Shown here: positions 39,401 to 52,400 of the stretch, piece by piece | How the letters are laid out: every line of letters begins with the position of its first letter | Numbering within the stretch: the stretch's first letter is position 1 | Notes under the pieces: generated by a model | Told to the model about the DNA's origin: nothing | What the model saw: the letters and a program-made list of their open reading frames with translations, nothing else | The model's database searches: none | From: Camelus dromedarius | Taxonomy: Eukaryota | Assembly (NCBI RefSeq): GCF_036321535.1 | Contig: NC_087436.1 | Span: 1,674,001-1,738,000 of the forward strand | Direction: 5' to 3' | DNA: 64,000 bases | Made by a program: the position numbers and the translations under genes

Positions 39401-42400
39401 GGCTTTCACACACAATTATCTCTCAGAACTGAGCATGTGGAGAGACGTTCGTTCATCTAGCACAAATGGAACGGTTTGCAGGTGATACTTTTTCTCTGGT
39501 TTCTCCGTCTGTTTCCTACTGCCGGTTTGAAGTTCCTGCAGTTTACACTGCAAAACTGAGTTGGAGCTAGTACCTACCCATATATATGTATGGATTGGAG
39601 TTTGCAAATGAAAAGAAACATTGTTTTCCCAACAAGCTTGGTGAAGGACGGCTTTCACACACACTTATCTCTCAGAACTGAGCATGTGGAGAGACGTTCG
39701 TTCATCTAGCAAAATAGGAACGGGTTGCAGGAGAAACTTTTAACCTGGTTTCTCAGTCTGTTTCCTACTGCCGGTTTGAAGTTCCTGCAGTTTTCACTGT
39801 AAAACGAGTTGGAGTTTGTACCTCCCCATATTTATGTACTGATAGCAGTTTGCAACTGAAAAGAAACTTTGTCTTCCCAACAACCTAGGTGAAGGACGGC
39901 TTTCACACACACTTATCTCTCAGAACTGAGCATGTGGAGAGACGTTCGTTCATCTAGCAAAATAGGAACGGGTTGCAGGAGAAACTTTTACTGTGGTTTC
40001 TCAGTCTGTTTCCTACTGCCGGTTTGAAGTTCCTGCAGTTTTCACTGTAAAACCGAGTTGGAGCTCGTACCACCCCATATATATGTATGGAGAGGAGTTT
40101 GCAAGTGAAAAGAAACTTTGTGTTCCCAACAAGCTTGGTGAAGGATGGCATTCAAACACACTTATCTCTGAGAACTGAGCATGTGGAGAGAATTTCGTTC
40201 ATCTAGCACAAAGGGAACTGTTTGAAGGAGAAACTTTTACTCTGGTTTCTCTGTCTGTTTCCTACTGACGGGTTGAAGTTCCTGCAGTTTTCACTGTAAA
40301 ACTGATTTGAAGCTAGAACATCCCCATATATATGTATGGAGTGGAGTTTGCAACTGAAAAGCAACTTTGTGTTCCCAACAAGCTAGGTGAAGGACGGCTT
40401 TCACACACACTTATCTCTCAGAACTGAGCATGTGGAGAGAAGTTCGTTCATCTAGCACAAAGGGAACGGGTTGCAGGTGAAAATTTTACTCTGGTTTCTC
40501 AGACTGTTTCCTACTGCCGGTTTGAAGTTCCTGCAGTTTTCACTGTAAAACCGAGTTGGAGCTAGTACCTCCCCATATATATGTATGGAGTGGAGTTTGC
40601 AAGTGAAAAGAAATATTGCGATCCCTACAAGCTAGGTGAATTACGGCTTTCACACACACTTATCTCTCAGAACTGAGCATGTGGAGAGACGTTCGTTCAT
40701 CTAGCACAAAGGAAAAAGTTTGCAGGAGAAACTTTTACTCAGGTTTCTCAGTCCTTTTCCTAGTGCCGGTTTGAAGTTCCTGCAGTTTTCACTGTAAAAC
40801 CGAGATGGTGCTAGTACCTCCTCATATATATGTATGGAGTGGAGTTTGCAACTGAAAAGAAACTTTGTGTTCCCAACAAGCTAGGTGAAGGCGGCTTTCA
40901 CACACACTTATTTCTCAGAACTGAGCATGTGGAGAGACGTTCGTTCATCTAGCACAAAGGGAACGGGTTGCAGGAGAAACTTTTATTCTTGTTTATCAGT
41001 CTGTATCCTAGTACCGGTTTGAAGTTCCTGCAGTTTTCACTGTAAATAGATTTGGTGCTTGTACATCCCCATATATATATATGGAGTGGAGTTTGCAACT
41101 TAAAAGAAACTTTGTGTTCCCAACAAGTTAGGCGAAGGACGGCTTTCACACACACTTATCTCTCAGAACTGAGCATGTGGAGAGACATTTGTTCATCTAG
41201 CACAAAGGGTATGGTTTGCAGGAGAAACTATTACTCTGTTTTCTCAGTGTGTTTCCTAGTGCCAGTTTGAATTTCCTGCAGTTTTCACTGTAAAACAGAG
41301 TTGGAGTTATTACCTCCCCATATATAAGTATGGAGTGGAGTTTGCAACTGAAAAGAATCTTTGTGTTCCCAACAAGCTAGGTGAAGTACGGCTTTCACAC
41401 ACAAATATCTCTCAGAACTGCGCATGTGGAGAGACGTTCGTTCATCTAGCACAAAGGGAACGGTTTGCAGGAGAAACTTTTACTCTGGTTTCTCAGTCTG
41501 TTTCCTAGTGCCGATTTGAAGTTCCAGCAGTTTTCACTGTAAAACCGAGATGGTGCTAGTACCTCCTCATATATATGTATGGAGTGGAGTTTGCAACAGA
41601 AAAGAAACTTTGTGTTCCTAACAATCTAGGTGAAGGACGGCTTTCATACACACTTATCTCTCAGAACTGAGCATGTGGAGTGACGTTCGTTCATCTAGCA
41701 CAAATGGAACGGGTTGCAGGTGATACTTTTACTCTGGTTTCTCCGTCTGTTTCCAACTGCCGTTTTGAAGTTCCTGCAGTTTACACTGTAAAACTGAGTT
41801 GGAGCTAGTACCTACCCATATATATGTATGGAGTGGAGTTTGCAACTGAAAAGAAACATTGTGTTCCCAACAAGCTAGGTGAAGGACGGCTTTCACACAC
41901 ACTTATCTCTCAGATCTGAGCATGTGGAGAGACGATCGTTCATCTAGCAAAATAGGAACGGGTTGCAGGAGAAACTTTTACTCTGGTTTCTCAGTCTGAT
42001 TCCTAGTGCCGTTTTGAAGTTCCTGCAGTTTTCACTGTAAAAACGAATTGGAGCTAGTACCTACCCATATATATGTATGGAGTGGAGTTTGCAACTGAAA
42101 AGAATCTTTGTGTTCCCAACAAGCTAGGTGAAGGACGGCTTTCACACAGAATTATCTCTCAGAACTCAGCATGTGGAGAGACGTTCGTTCATCTAGCACA
42201 AATGGAACGGGTTGCAGGAGAAACTTTTACTCTGGTTTCTCAGTCTGTTTCCTAGTGCCGATTTGAAGTTCCAGCAGTTTTCACTGTAAAACCGAGATGG
42301 TGCTAGTACCTCCTCATATATATGTATGGAGTGGAGTTTGCAGCTGAAAAGAAATTTTGTGTTCCTAACAAGCAAGGTGAAGGACGGCTTTCATACACAC

Positions 42401-43495
42401 TTATCTCTCAGAACTGAGCATGTGGAGAGACTTTCGTTCAACTAGCACAAAGGGAACGGTTTGCAGGAAAACTTTTACTCTTGTTTTTCAGTCTGTTTCC
42501 TAGTAACGGTTTGAATTTCCTGCATTTTTCACTGTAAAACCGAGTTGGAGCTAGTACCTCCCCATATATATATATGGAGTGGAGTTTGCAACTTAAAAGA
42601 AACTTTGTGTTCCCAACAAGTTAGGTGAAGGACGGCTTTCACACACACTTATCTCTCAGAACTGAGCATGTGGAGAGACGTTCGTTCATCTAGCACAAGT
42701 GTATGGGTTGCAGGAGAAACTATTACTCTGGTTTCTCAGTGTTTTTCCTAGTGCCAGTTTGAATTTCCTGCAGTTTTCACTGTAAAACAGAGTTGGAGTT
42801 ATTACCTCCCCATATATATGTATGGAGTGGAGTTTGCAACTGAAAAGAAACTTTTTGTTCCCAACAAGCTATGTGAAGTACGGCTTTCACACACAATTAT
42901 CTCTCAGAACTGAGCATGTGGAGAGACGTTCGTTCATCTAGCACAAATGGAACGGTTTGCAGGTGATACTTTTTCTCTGGTTTCTCCGTCTGTTTCCTAC
43001 TGCCGGTTTGAAGTTCCTGCAGTTTACACTGCAAAACTGAGTTGGAGCTAGTACCTACCCATATATATGTATGGATTGGAGTTTGCAAATGAAAAGAAAC
43101 ATTGTTTTCCCAACAAGCTTGGTGAAGGACGGCTTTCACACACACTTATCTCTCAGAACTGAGCATGTGGAGAGACGTTCGTTCATCTAGCAAAATAGGA
43201 ACGGGTTGCAGGGGAAACTTTTACCCTGGTTTCTCAGTCTGTTTCCTACTGCCGGTTTGAAGTTCCTGCAGTTTTCACTGTAAAACGAGTTGGAGTTTGT
43301 ACCTCCCCATATTTATGTACTGATAGCAGTTTGCAACTGAAAAGAAACTTTGTGTTCCCAACAACCTAGGTGAAGGACGGCTTTCACACACACTTATCTC
43401 TCAGAACTGAGCATGTGGAGAGACGTTCGTTCATCTAGCAAAATAGGAACGGGTTGCAGGAGAAACTTTTACTCTGGTTTCTCAGTCTGTTTCCT
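35620..43495. repeat. 19-monomer (~4722-bp) duplication whose second copy lacks 5 monomers (offset drops to 3481 = 14 monomers)
   Basis: ORF pairs 36227/40949, 37350/42073 and 37470/42193 (+4722/4723), then 39416/42897 (+3481). Confidence 0.88.
37410..39930. repeat. Copy of block ~29950-32470 at 30-monomer offset (~7460 bp)
   Basis: ORF pairs 31253/38713 (+7460) and 31957/39416 (+7459); ACACAGAATT at 29961 and 37421. Confidence 0.87.
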
Positions 43496-46400
43496 ACTGA
43501 CGGTTTGAAGTTCCTGCAGTTTTCACTGTAAAACGGATTTGGAGCTAGTACCTCCCCATATATATATATGGAGTGGAATTTGCAACTGAAAAGAAACTTT
43601 GTGTTCAGTACAAGCTAGGTGAAGGACGGCATTCACACACACTTATCTCTCAGAACTGAGCATGTGGAGAGACGTTCGTTCATCTAGCACAAAGGGAACG
43701 GGTGGCAGGAGAAACTTTTACTATGGTTTCTCAGTCTGTTTCCTAGTAACGGTTTGAATTTCCTGCATTTTTCACTGTAAAACCGAATTGGAGCTAGTAC
43801 CTCCCCATATATATGAATGGAGTGGAGTTTGCAACTGAAAAGGAACTTTGTGTTCCCAACAAGTTTGGTGAAGGACGGATTTCACACACATTTAACTCTC
43901 AGAACTGAACATGTGGAGAGAAGTTCGTTTATCTAGCACAAAGGGAATTTTTTGCAGGAGAAACTTTTACTGTGGTTTCTCAGTCTGTTTCCTAGTGCCA
44001 GTATGAATTTCCTGCAGTTTTCACTGTAAAACAGAGTTGGAGCTAGTACCTCCCCATATATATATATGGAGTGGAGTTTGCAACTGAAAAGAAACTTTGT
44101 GTTCAGAACAAGCTAGGTGAAGGACGGCATTCACACACAATTATCTCTCAGAACTGAGCATGTGGAGAGACGTTCGTTCATCTAGCACAAAGGGAACGGT
44201 TGCAGGAGAAACTTTTACTCTGGTTTCTCAGTCTGTTTCCTAGTGCCGATTTGAAGTTCCAGCAGTTTTCACTGTAAAACCGAGTTGGTGCTAGTACCTC
44301 CCCATATATATGTATGGAGTGGAGTTTGCTACTGAAAAGAAACTTTGTGTTCCCAACAAGCTAGGTGAAGGACGGCTTTCACACACACTTTTCTCTTAGA
44401 ACTGAGCATGTGGAGAGACGTTCGTTCATCTAGCACAAAGCGAATGTGTAGCAGGTGAAAGTTTTACTCTGGTTTCTCAGTCTGTTTCCTACTGTAGGTT
44501 TGAATTTCCTGCAGTTTTCACTGTAAAACAGAGTTGGAACTAGTACCTCCCCATATATATGTATGGAGTGGAGTTTGCAAAGGAAAAGAAACTTTGTGTT
44601 CCCAACATGCTAGTTGAAGGACGGCTTTCACACACACTTATTTATCAGAACTGAGCATGTGGAGAGACGTTCGTTCATCTAGCACAAATGGAACTGGTTG
44701 CAGGTAAAAATTTTATTCTGGTTTCTCAGACTGTTTCCTACTGCCGGTTTGAATTTCTAGCAGTTTTCACTGTAAAACCGAGTTGGATCAAGTACCTCCC
44801 CATATATATATATGGAGTGGAGTTTGTAAGTGAAAAGAAACATTGTGTTCCCAACAACCTATTTGAAGGACGGCTTTCACACACACTTATCTCTCAGAAC
44901 TGAGCATTTGGAGAGACGTTCGTTCATCTAGCACAAAGGGAATGGGTTGCAGTAGAAACTTTTACTCAGGATTCTCAGTCTGTTTCCTAGTGCCGGTTTG
45001 ATGTTCCTGCAGTTTTCACTGTAAAACAGAGTTGGAGCTATTACCTCCCCATATATATGTATGGAGTGGAGTTTGCAACTGAAAAGATACTTTGTGTTCA
45101 GAAAAAGCTAGGTGAAGGGCGGCTTTCACACGCATTTATCTCTCAGAAGTGAGCATGTGGAGAGACGTACGTTCATCTAGCATAAAGGGAAAGGGTTGGA
45201 GTTGAAAATTTTCTCTGGTTTCTCAGTATGTTTCCTAGTGCCGGTTTGAAATTCTAGCAGATTTCACTGTAAAACCGAGTTGGAGCAAGTACCTCCCCAT
45301 ATATATATATGGAGTGGATTTTGCAAGTGAAAAGAAACATTGTGTTCCCAACAACCTATTTGAAGGACGGCTTTCACACACACTTATCTCTCAGAACTGA
45401 GCATTTGGAGAGACGTTCGTTCATCTAGCACAAAGGGAATGGGTTGCAGTAGAAACTTTTTCTCAGGATTCTCAGTCTGTTTCCTAGTGCCGGTTTGATG
45501 TTCCTTCAGTTTTCACTGTAAAACAGAGTTGGAGCTATTACCTCCCCATATATATGTATGGAGTGGAGTTTGCAACAGAAAAGATACTTTGTATTCAGAA
45601 AAAGCTAGGTGAATGACGGCTTTCACACGCATTTATCTCTCAGAACTGAGCATGTGGAGAGACGTACGTTCATCTAGCATAAAGGGAAAGGGTTGGAGGT
45701 GAAACTTTTTCTCTGGTTTCTCAGTCTACTTCCTAGTGCCGGTTTGAAGTTCCTGCAGTTTTCACTGTAAAACCGATTTGGAGCTAGTACCTCCCCATAT
45801 ATATGTATGGAGTGGAGTTTGCAAGTGAAAAGAAACATTGTGTTCCCCACAAGCTAAGGGAAGGACGGCTTTCACACACACTTATCTCTCAGAACTGAGC
45901 ATGTGGAGAGACGTTCGTTCATCTAGCACAATAGGAACGGGTTTCAGGAGAAACTTTTACTCTGGTTTCTTAGTCTGTTTCCTAGTGCCGGTTTTAAGTT
46001 CCTGCAGTTTTCACTGTAAAACGATTTGGAGTTTGTACCTCCCCATATATATGTACTGATAGCAGTTTGCAACTGAAAAGAAACTTTGTGTTCCCAACAA
46101 CCTAGGTGAAGGACGGCTTTCACACACACTTATCTCTCAGAACTGAGCATGTGGAGAGACGTTCGTTCATCTAGCACAAAGGGAACGGGTGGCAGGAGAA
46201 ACTTTTACTATGGTTTCTCAGTCTGTTTCATAGTAACGGTTTGAATTTCCTGCATATTTCACTGTAAAACATAATTGGAGCTAGTACCTCCCCGTATATA
46301 TGTATGGAGTGGAGTTTGCATCTGAAAAGGAACTTTGTGTTCCCAACAAGCTTGGTGAAGGACGTCTTTCACACACATTTAACTCTCAGAACTGAACATG

Positions 46401-49400
46401 TGGAGAGAAGTTCGTTCATCTAGCACAAAAGGAATTTTTTGCAGGAGAAACTTTTACTGTGGTTTCTCAGTATGTTTCCTAGTGCCAGTAAGAATTTCCT
46501 GCAGTTTTCACTGTAAAACAGAGTTGGAGCTAGTACCCCCCCATATATATGTAAGGAATGGTGTTTGCAACTGAAAAGGAACTTTGTGTTCAGAACAAGC
46601 TAGGTGAAGGACGGTTTTCACACACAATTATCTCTCAGAAATGAGCATGTGGAGAGACGTTCGTTCATCTAGCACAAAGGGAATGGGTTGTAGGAGAAAC
46701 TTTTACTCTGGTTTCTCAGTCTGTTTCCTAGTACCAATTTGAAGTTCCAGCAGTTTTCACTGTAAACACGAGTTGGTGCTAGTACCTCCCCATATATATG
46801 TATGGAGTGGAGTTTGCAACTGAAAAGATACTTTGTGTTCCCAACAAGCTAGGTGAAGGACGGCTTTCACACACAATTATCTCTCAGAACTGTGCATGTG
46901 GAGTGACTTTCGTTCATCTAGCACAAAGGGAACGGTTTACAGGAGAAACTTTTACTCTTGTTTCTCAGACTGTTTCCTACTGCCGGTTTGAATTTCCAGC
47001 AGTTTTCACTGTAAAACCGAGTTGGAGCTAGTACCTCCCCATATATATGTATGGAGTGGAATTTGCAACTGAAAAGAAACTTTGTGTTCAGAACAAGCTA
47101 GGTGAAGGACGGCATTCACACACAATAATCTCTCAGAACTGAGCATGTGGAGAGACGTTCGTTCATCTAGCACAAAGGGAACGGGTTGCAGGAGAGACTT
47201 TTACTCTGGTTTCTCAGTCTGTTTCCTAGTGCCGATTTGAAGTTCCAGCAGTTTTCACTGTAAAACGGAGTTGGTGCTAGTACCTCCCCATATATATGTT
47301 TGGAGTGGTGTTTGGTACTGAAAAGAAATTTTGTGTTCCCAACAAGCTATGTGAAGGACGGCTTTCACACACACTTATCTCTCAGAACTGAGCATGTGGA
47401 GAGACGTTCGTTCATCTAGCACAAGGGGAACGGGTTGCAGGTGAAAGTTTTACTCTGGTTTCTCAGTCTGTTTCCTACTGTAGGTTTGAATTTCCTGCAG
47501 TTTTCACTGTAAAACAGAGTTGGAGCTAGTACCTACCCATATATATGTATGGAGTGGAGTTTGCAAAGGAAAAGAAACTTTGTGTTCCCAAAAAGCTAGT
47601 TGAAGGACGGCTTTCACACACACTTATCTCTCAGAACTGAGCATGTGGAGAGACGTTCGTTCATCTAGCACAAAGGGAACGGTTTGCAGGTAAAAATTTT
47701 ACTCTGGTTTCTCAGACGTTTCCTACTGCCGGTTTGAAGTTCCTGCAGTTTTCACTGTAAAACCGAGTTGGAGCAAGTACCACCCCATATATATATATGG
47801 AGTGGAGTTTGCAAGTGGAAAGAAACATTGTGTTCCCAACAACCTAGTTGAAGGACGGCTTTCACACACACTTATCTCTCAGAACTGAGCATTTGAAGAG
47901 ACGTTCGTTCATCTAGAACAAAGGGAATGGGTTGCAGGAGAAACTTTTACTCTGGTTTCTCAGTCTGTTTCCTAGTGCCGGTTTGAAGTTCCTGCAGTTT
48001 TCACTGTAAAACGCATTTGGAGCTAGTACCTCCCCATATATATATATGGAGTGGAATTTGCAACTGAAAAGAAACTTTGTGTTCAGTACAAGCTAGGTGA
48101 AGTACGGCATTCACACACACTTATCTCTCAGAACTGAGCAAGTGGAGAGACGTTCGTTCATCTAGCACAAATGGAACGGGTGGCAGGAGAAACTTTTACT
48201 CTGGTTTCTCAGTCTGTTTCCTAGTAACGGTTTGAATTTCCTGCATTTTTCACTGTAAAACCGAATTGGAGCTTGTACCTCCCTATATATATGTATGGAG
48301 TGGAGTTTGCAACTGGAAAGAAACTTTGTGTTCAGAACAAGCTAGGTGAAGGACGGCATTCACACACACTTATCTTTCAGAACTGAGCATGTGAAGAGAC
48401 GTTCGTTCATCTAGCACAAAGGGAATGGGTTGCAGGAGAAACTTTTACTCTGGTATCTCAGTCTGTTTCCTAGTGCCGGTTTGAATTTCCTGCAGTTTTC
48501 ACTCTAAAACAGTGTTGGAGCTTGTAACTCCCCATATATCAGTATGGAGTGGAGTTTGCAACTGAAAAGAATCTTTGTGTTCAGAACAAGCTAGGTGAAG
48601 GACGGCTTTCACACACATTTATCTCTCAGAAGTGTGCATGTGGAGAGACGTTCGTTCATCTAGCACAAAGGGATAGGGTTGCAGGTGAAACTTTTTCTCT
48701 GGTTTCTCAGTCTGTTTCCTAGTGCCGGTTTGAAGTTCTAGCAGTTTTCACTGTAAAACCGAGTTGGTGCTAGAACCACCCCATATATATGTATGGAGTG
48801 GAGATTGCAAGTGAAAAGAAACATTGTGTTCCAAACAAGCCAAGTGAAGGACGGCTTTCACACACACTTATCTCTCAGAACTGAGCATGTGGAGAGACGT
48901 TCGTTCATCTAGCACAATAGGAACGGGATTCAGGAGAAATTTTTACTCTGGTTTCTCAGTCTGTTTCCTAGTGCCGGTTTGAAGTTCCTGCTGTTTCACT
49001 TTAAAAGCGAGTTGGAGTTTGTACCTCCCCTTATATATGTATGGAAAGCAGTTTGCAACTGAAAAGAAACTTTGTGTTCATAACAACCTAAGTGAAGGAC
49101 GGCTTTCACACACACATGTCTCTCAGAACTGAGCATGTGGAGAGACGTTCGTTCATCTAGCACAAAGGGAATGGGTTGCAGGAGAAATTTTACTCTGGTT
49201 TCTCAGTCTGTTTCCTAGTGCCGGTTTGAAGTTCTAGCAGTTTTCACTGTAAAACCGAGTTGGTGCTAGAACCACCCCATATATATGTTTGGAGTGGAGT
49301 TTGCAACTAAAAAGAAACTTTGTGTTCCCAACAAGCTAGGTGAAGGACGGCTTTCACACACAATTATCTCTCAGAACTGAGCATGTGGAGTGACGTTCGT

Positions 49401-52400
49401 TCATCTAGCACAAAGGGAACGGTTTGCAGGAGAAACTTTTACTCTGGTTTCTCAGTCTGTTTCCTAATGCCGGATTGAATTTCCTGCAATTTTCACTGTA
49501 AAACTGAGTTGGAGCTAGTACCACCCCATATATATGTATGGAGTGGAGATTGCAAGTGAAAAGAAACATTGTGTTCCCAACAAGCCAAGTGAAGGACGGC
49601 TTTCACACACACTTATCTCTCAGAACTGAGCATGTGGAGAGACGTTCGTTCATCTAGCACAATAGGAACGGGATTCAGGAGAAATTTTTACTCTGGTTTC
49701 TCAGTCTGTTTCCTAGTGCCGGTTTGAAGTTCCTGCTGTTTCACTTTAAAAGCGAGTTGGAGTTTGTACCTCCCCTTATATATGTATGGAAAGCAGTTTG
49801 CAACTGAAAAGAAACTTTGTGTTCATAACAACCTAAGTGAAGGACGGCTTTCACACACACATGTCTCTCAGAACTGAGCATGTGGAGAGACGTTCGTTCA
49901 TCTAGCACAAAGGGAATGGGTTGCAGGAGAAATTTTACTCTGGTTTCTCAGTCTGTTTCCTACTGCCGGTTTTAAGTTCCTGCAGTTTTCACTGTAAAAG
50001 GGATTTGAATCTAGTACCTACCCATATATATGTATGGAGTGGAATTTGCAACTGAAAAGAAAATTTCTGTTCAGTACAAGTTAGGTGAACGACGGCTATC
50101 ACACACACTTATCTCTCAGAACTGAGCATATGGAGAGACGTTCGTTCATCTAGCACAAAGGGAATGGTTTGCAGGAGAAACTTTTACTCTGGTTTCCCAG
50201 TCTGTTTCCTACTGCCGGTTTGAAGTTCCTTCAGTTTTCACTGTAAAACTTATTTGGGACTAGTACCTCCCCATATATATGTATGGAGTAGAATTTGCAA
50301 CTGAAAAGAAACTTTGTGTTCAGTACAAGCTAGGTGAAGGACGGCTTTCACACGCACTTATCTCTCAGAACTGAGCATGTGGAGAGACGTTCGTTCATCT
50401 AGCACAATAGGAATGGTTTTCAGGAGAAACTTTTACTCTGGATTCTCAGTCTGTTTCCTAGTGCCGGTTAGAAATTCCTGCAGATTTCACTGTAAATGCG
50501 AGTTGGTGTTTGTACCCACCCATATATAAGTATGGATTGGCGTTTGCAACTGAAAAGGATCTTTGTGTTCCCAACAAGCTAGTTGAAGGACGGATTTCAC
50601 ACACACTTATCTCTCAGAACTGAGCATGTGGAGAGACGTTCGTTCATCTAGCACAAATGGAACGGGTTGCAGGAGAAACCTTTACTCTGGTTTCTCAGTC
50701 TGTTTCCTACTGCCTGTTTGAAGTTCCTGCAGTTTTCACTGTAAAACCGAGTTGGAGCTAGTGCCTACCCATATATCTGTATGGAGTGGTGTTTGCAACT
50801 TAAAAGAAACTTTGTGTTCCCAACATGCTAGTTGAAGGACGGCTTTCACACAAACTTATCTCTCAGAACTGAGCATGTGGAGAGACGTTCGTTCATCTAG
50901 CTCAAAGGGAACGGTTGCAGGTGAAACTTTTACTCTGGTTTCTCAGTCTGTTTCCCACTGCCGGTTTGAAGTTCCTGCAGTTTTCACTGTAAAACAGAGT
51001 AGGATCTAGTACCTCCCCATATATATGTATGGAGTGGAGTTTACAACTGAAAAGAAACTTTGTGTTCCCAACAAGCTAGGTGAAGGACGGCTTTCACACA
51101 CTCTTATCACTCAGAAATGAGCATGTGGAGAGACGTTCGTTCATGTAGCACAATAGGAACGTGTTGCAGGAGGAGCTTTTACTCTGGTTTCTCCGTCTGT
51201 TTCCTAGTGCCGGTTTGAAGTTCCTGCAGTTTTCACTGTAAAATCGATTTGGAGCTAGTACCTCCCCATATATATGTATGGATTGGAGTTTGCAACTGAA
51301 AAGAAACTTTGTGTTCCCAACAAGCTAGGTGAAGGACGGCTTTCACACACATTAATCTCTCAGAACTGTGCATTTGGAGAGACGCTCGTTCATCTAGCAC
51401 AAGGGGAAAGGGTTGCAGGAGAAACATTTACTCTGGTTTCTCAGTCTGTTTCCTACTGCCGGTTTGAAGTTCCTGCAGTTTTCACTGTAAAACAGATTTG
51501 GAGCTAGTACCTCCCCATATATATTTATGGAGTGGAGTTTGCAATTGAAAAGAAACTTTGTGTTCCCAACAAGCTAGGTGATGTACGGCTTTCACACAGA
51601 CTTATCTCTCAGAACTGAGCATGTGGAGAGACGTTCGTTCATCAAGCACAAAGGGAACGGGTTGCAGGAGAAACTTTTACTGTGTTTTCTCAGTCTTTTT
51701 CCTAGTGCCTATTTGATGTTCCTGCTGGTTTCACTGAAAAACCGATTTGGAACTAGTACCTCCCCATATATATGTATGGAGTTGAGTTTGCAACTGAAAA
51801 GAAACTTTGTGTTCCCAACAAGCTATGTGAAAGAGGCTTTCACACACACATATCTCTGAGAATTGAGCATGTGGAGAGACGTTCGTTTCTCTAGCACAAA
51901 GGGAACGGGTTGCAGGAGAAACATTTACTCTGGTTTCTCAGTCTGTTTCCTAGTGCCGGTTTGAATTTCCTGCAGTTTTCACTGTAAAAAAGAGTTGGAG
52001 ATAGTGCCAACCCATATATATATATGGAGTGGAATTTGCAACTGAAAAGAAACTTTGTATTCCCAACAAGCTATATGAAGGACGGCTTTCACACACACTT
52101 ATCTATCAGACCTGAGCATGTGGAGAGACGTTCGTTCATCTAGCACAAAGGAACGGGTTGCAGGAGAAATTTTTACTCTGGTTTCTCAGTATGTTTCCTA
52201 CTGCCTGTTTGAAGTTCCTGCAGTTTTCACTGTAAAACCGAGTTGTAGCTAGTACCTACCCATATATATGTATGGAGTGGTGTTTGCAACTTAAAAGAAA
52301 CTTTCTGTTCCCAACAAGCTAGGTGAAGGACGGCTTTCACTCAAACTTATCTCTCAGAACTGAGCATGTGGAGAGACGTTCGTTCATCTAGCACAAAGGG

